A stretch of DNA of 64,000 nt, taken from positions 22,180 to 86,179 of the forward strand of contig CANKXO010000007.1 in NCBI GenBank assembly GCA_947487765.1. Reading direction: 5' to 3'. Positions 62,964 to 64,000 of the stretch are shown piece after piece; the stretch's first letter is position 1; each line of letters begins with the position of its first letter. The position numbers were made by a program, and so were the translations under genes. The notes beneath the pieces are model-generated. The model worked only from the letters and a program-made list of their open reading frames with translations. It was not told where the DNA came from and ran no database searches. The DNA is from an uncultured Pseudomonadales bacterium. Its GTDB lineage: Bacteria > Pseudomonadota > Gammaproteobacteria > Pseudomonadales > Cellvibrionaceae.

Positions 62964-63965
62964 ATGAAATCACTAAAATTAATAGCTCTTGCATCTGCAA
63001 TAGCGCTTGTCGCATGCGGTAAGTCTCCAGAACCAAAAGCTGAACAAGCAGCAGCACCACAAGAATCCCAAGCGCGATTTGTCACAATTGGTACGGGTGG
63101 TGTCACAGGGGTTTACTATCCAACAGGTGGTGCCATTTGTCGCTTAGTTAATCAAAAACGCAGTGAACATGGTATTCGGTGTTCTGTAGAGAGTACGGGT
63201 GGTTCGGTTTATAACATTAATACGATTCGCGGTGGCGAGTTAGATATGGGTGTGGCCCAATCTGATTGGCAGTATCACGCTTATAATGGAACCAGCAAAT
63301 TTAAAGATGCAGGTGCGTTTAAAGACTTGCGCGCAGTCTTTTCTGTTCATGCTGAGCCATTCACCGTTGTTGCTAGAGCGGATGCAGGTGTGAAAACATT
63401 CGATGACCTAAAAGGTAAGCGTGTTAATGTTGGCAACCCTGGTTCTGGACAACGCGGAACAACTGAAGTGCTATTGGATGCACTAGGCTGGACATTAGAT
63501 GATTTTTCTCTGGCATCAGAATTGAAAGCCGCTGAGCAATCGAAAGCCTTATGTGATAACAAAATTGACGCCATGGTATATGTAGTAGGGCACCCAAGTG
63601 GCTCTATCAAAGAAGCAACCACATCATGTGATAGTGTACTTGTTGAAGTCTCGGGTTCTGCTGTTGACGGTTTAGTGAATGACAATAGCTTCTACCGTAA
63701 AGCAACCGTTCCTGGTGGCATGTATTCTGGTAATGCAAATGATGTAGCAACCTTTGGTGTTGGTGCAACCTTTGTGTCTTCTGCTGCTGTTCCAGACGAT
63801 GTTATCTATGAAGTAGTTAAAGCAGTCTTCGAAAACTTTGAAGCATTTACAAAGTTTCACCCTGCGTTTGCTAACTTGAAAAAACCAGAAATGATTAAAG
63901 ACAGTCTTTCTGCTCCATTACACCCTGGCGCTGCTAAATATTATAAAGAAGCCGGTTTAATGTAA
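62964..63965 (+). CDS. TAXI-family TRAP transporter solute receptor (lipoprotein)
   Basis: A lipobox LVACGK is present, and [25 protein letters not shown] is characteristic of TAXI receptors. Confidence 0.85.
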   Translation: MKSLKLIALASAIALVACGKSPEPKAEQAAAPQESQARFVTIGTGGVTGVYYPTGGAICRLVNQKRSEHGIRCSVESTGGSVYNINTIRGGELDMGVAQSDWQYHAYNGTSKFKDAGAFKDLRAVFSVHAEPFTVVARADAGVKTFDDLKGKRVNVGNPGSGQRGTTEVLLDALGWTLDDFSLASELKAAEQSKALCDNKIDAMVYVVGHPSGSIKEATTSCDSVLVEVSGSAVDGLVNDNSFYRKATVPGGMYSGNANDVATFGVGATFVSSAAVPDDVIYEVVKAVFENFEAFTKFHPAFANLKKPEMIKDSLSAPLHPGAAKYYKEAGLM

Positions 63966-63979
63966 TCGTTGTTCAAAAC

Positions 63980-63999
63980 AAGCCAGCATTTGCTGGCTT
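63980..63999 (+). terminator. Probable terminator hairpin (T-run would lie beyond the window)
   Basis: AAGCCAGC-ATTT-GCTGGCTT lies 15 nt after the stop. It is nearly identical to the hairpin after rplQ. Confidence 0.5.
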
Positions 64000-64000
64000 G

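Noticed and set aside
2901-63999. Near-identical hairpins AAGCCAGCATTAGCTGGCTT (2901-2920) and AAGCCAGCATTTGCTGGCTT (63980-63999) as a dispersed repeat element
   Set aside because: Both sit exactly where intrinsic terminators are expected, after rplQ and after the TAXI receptor gene. A 20-nt GC-rich terminator stem recurring twice is not enough to call a repeat family.
1-64000. CRISPR arrays, rRNA genes
   Set aside because: No regularly spaced direct repeats with unique spacers were seen, and no rRNA-like conserved stretches. The only periodic repeats are the tRNA genes themselves.

Overview
The window looks like gammaproteobacterial chromosome, judged by eye from gene content and roughly 40% GC. 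All calls come from hand reading of the ORF track and sequence. tRNA folds were done by hand, so their ends are good to about +/-2 nt. No database searches were run.

Layout:
- 1-2.9 kb: end of the ribosomal alpha operon (rpsM-rpsK-rpsD-rpoA-rplQ).
- 2.9-25.3 kb: ordinary genes. These are a REC-GGDEF-EAL protein, uvrA, an MFS transporter, ssb, a three-gene RND efflux operon, a K+ channel, gltS, a lipoprotein hydrolase, and a small catabolic cluster with its LysR regulator.
- 25.3-46.2 kb: a roughly 21-kb accessory island devoted to RNA. This is the standout.
- 46.2-64 kb: ordinary metabolic and transport genes. These include a class-V aminotransferase, Lrp, a TRAP transporter with a glutamine-synthetase-like, ALDH, ADH and amidohydrolase cluster, an NhaR-like regulator, an HPF-like protein, BI-1, an SbtA/PII-like pair, an SDR and a TAXI receptor.

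The island contains:
- A dense plus-strand array of at least 19 tRNA or tRNA-like genes with 4-30 nt spacers. It is apparently co-transcribed with an RtcB RNA ligase, a small receiver-like protein, an HNH nuclease and an SPFH protein.
- A convergent minus-strand module: WGR/HEAT-repeat protein, SWIM zinc-finger protein, a long structured non-coding region, and a retron-like reverse transcriptase with a C-terminal TM helix.
- A CCA-adding enzyme, a pol-beta-type nucleotidyltransferase, a second RtcB paired with release factor H, and an unknown 318-aa protein.

Most unusual observations:
- Five array members have canonical tRNA ends (three with perfect 7-bp acceptor pairing plus encoded CCA) but carry 25-85 nt structured inserts. 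The inserts sit at different non-canonical positions.
- Two inserts share a four-hairpin architecture with compensatory base changes.
- Conserved hairpin loops occur as mutually complementary pairs: GCAGGAGC/GCUCCUGC and CAUGGAUG/CAUCCAUG.

No integrase, transposase, CRISPR array or rRNA was seen.
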